From contig VJWM01000019.1 in assembly GCA_010909165.1 (NCBI GenBank), forward strand, positions 1,302,001 through 1,366,000: DNA of 64,000 nt, written 5' to 3'. The DNA is from Anthoceros angustus. Its lineage: Eukaryota > Plantae > Anthocerotophyta. The notes beneath the pieces were generated by a model. That model ran no database searches. It saw nothing but the letters and a program-made list of their open reading frames with translations, and had not been told where the DNA came from. The position numbers and the translations under genes were made by a program. Below are positions 62,561 through 64,000 of the stretch, piece after piece; positions within the stretch are counted from its first letter, which is position 1; every line of letters begins with the position of its first letter.

Positions 62561-62589
62561 GGACAGTTGAAAATTTCAGTCTATTCCGA

Positions 62590-63000
62590 TCAAGGAGTTA
62601 GCACAAGGAGGCTTTCAAGAAGTGAAGACAAGTAAAGCATAAGAAGTGAAGACAAGTGAGGCAATCAAGAAGTCAGCGCAAAGAGGCTTTCAAGAAGTGA
62701 AAGACAAGTGAGGCATAAGAAGTGAAGATAAGTGAGGTCATTAAGCACAAGGAGGCTTTGACGAAGTGAAAGATAAAGTGAGGCATAAGAAGTGAAGGTA
62801 AGTGAGGTGAACAAGGAGTCAGCACAAAGAGGCTTTGAGGAAGTGAAAGACAAGTGAGGCACATCAACGGAGGCTTTGAGGAAGTGAAAGACAAGTGAGG
62901 CACATCAACGGAAGCTTTGAGGAAGTGAAAGACAAGTGAGGCATATCAACGGAGGCTTTGAGGAAGTGAAAGACAAGTGAGGCACATCAACGGAAACATC
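62590..63000. repeat. GAAGTGAAAGACAAGTGAGGCA minisatellite (22-bp core, ~41-bp higher-order unit x4)
   Basis: GGCTTTGAGGAAGTGAAAGACAAGTGAGGCACATCAACGGA repeated at 62830-62995. Confidence 0.92.
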
Positions 63001-63449
63001 TGATGCTCAGAGGCTTTCAACGGAAACATCAAAGGCTTTCAACTTTCATGAAGTGAAAGCTTGACCTAGGTAGTGGCAAGGGTCATGGGAGGGTGGGAAA
63101 TAGTGGCGTGAGGATCATGGCATGGCTACGGGGCTTGTGGCCTCTTGCCCTCCCTTCCACCACAAGTGCAGGGAGCACCCCCCTCCCCCTTCTTCTCTCC
63201 ATTGTGTCCTTTTTCCGGCTTGGTCTCTTCTCCTAGCTTATTGATGCAGGGGTTTGAGGACATGATGTTTAGGTCAGAAGTGTAAGCATTCGATGTACAC
63301 ACATGTGTGACCGGCATGATGGGGGAGGCAGCGTGAGGCATTAGGCAGCATGGTGGTCTGCGGCCTCTCCAGCCACAAGAGTGACCCCTGTTGTGCAGAT
63401 ATGCTATCTCAAGAGACAATGGCGGTGCAAAGACTCCTTGACATTAAGC

Positions 63450-63800
63450 AGCTCCCCCCTTCCTCCTTTTCCCCTTTCGCCCCTTGTTTTCCTCCCTTCC
63501 TCCCTCCCTCCTCCTCCCTGCCCCTCCCTACCTCCCTGCTCCCTCCATTCCAACTCCCTCCCCCTCTCCCTTTTCTCCCTTTCTCCCGTTGCTATGGTCC
63601 CTCTGGAAGGAACTTTTTGTTCATATGGCTTCTCATGAACTTTTGTATTATGAAATGTGACCCCTCAAGAACTTTTGTGCCATGAAATATGGCACCTCAT
63701 GAACTTTGGTGATATGAAAGGTGGTCCTCATGAACTTTTGTGGTATGAAATATGGCCCCATGACTTTGTTCCATGAAGTATGGCCCCTCAAAGTTCTATA
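63450..63800. repeat. CT-rich tract followed by ~32-bp ATGAACTTTTGTG..ATGAAATATGGCCCCTC repeats
   Basis: About six degenerate units at 63600-63800. Confidence 0.75.
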
Positions 63801-64000
63801 TCATTGTGATCAAATTTGTCGTCCCTTGGAAGGTCGCGCTGGACTCCCTCGAGTGAGTTCTTTAGTGCAAGACGTTAATAAAACCTTGAACCTTGATAAG
63901 ACCTAGGGGAAAGTTAAGTTGGTGCAACCTCTAAAGGCTCACAACCACCAAGACAAGGGCTTCAAAATACGCAGGTTTGCTTGCAGGCTCGCTTTCTCCT

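Overview
Eukaryotic nuclear DNA from a land plant, probably a non-seed lineage such as a hornwort or other bryophyte (inferred from gene style, not proven). The left gene block (1-9.6 kb) holds an intronless SelO protein adenylyltransferase, a multi-exon ER-type J-like/thioredoxin-like gene on the minus strand, a divergent ubiquitin-RPS27a fusion gene and an intron-containing tRNA-Tyr. The middle (9.6-51 kb) is a nested transposon pile: a CACTA-like end with a 99-bp tandem array, a truncated tRNA-Asp-primed LTR, an older gag relic, a CRE-like LINE fragment, and one Ty3/Gypsy insertion at 17875-49858 (minus strand, TGTGG...CCACA ends, CCATG target-site duplication). That insertion is internally re-duplicated and full of small deletions, probably partly from assembly or consensus error. 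The right block has an intronless 719-aa disordered protein, plastid ribosomal protein S20, a 1.75-kb TIR element inserted in an older TE ORF, and minisatellites. The most interesting signal is in the Gypsy element. Its LTR is at least 4.3 kb and filled with coding-like sequence. A consensus splice donor sits between the PBS and the gag ATG, and a consensus acceptor sits about 50-60 nt into the LTR. This suggests a retrovirus-like spliced mRNA for an LTR(U3)-encoded protein, which remains a hypothesis.
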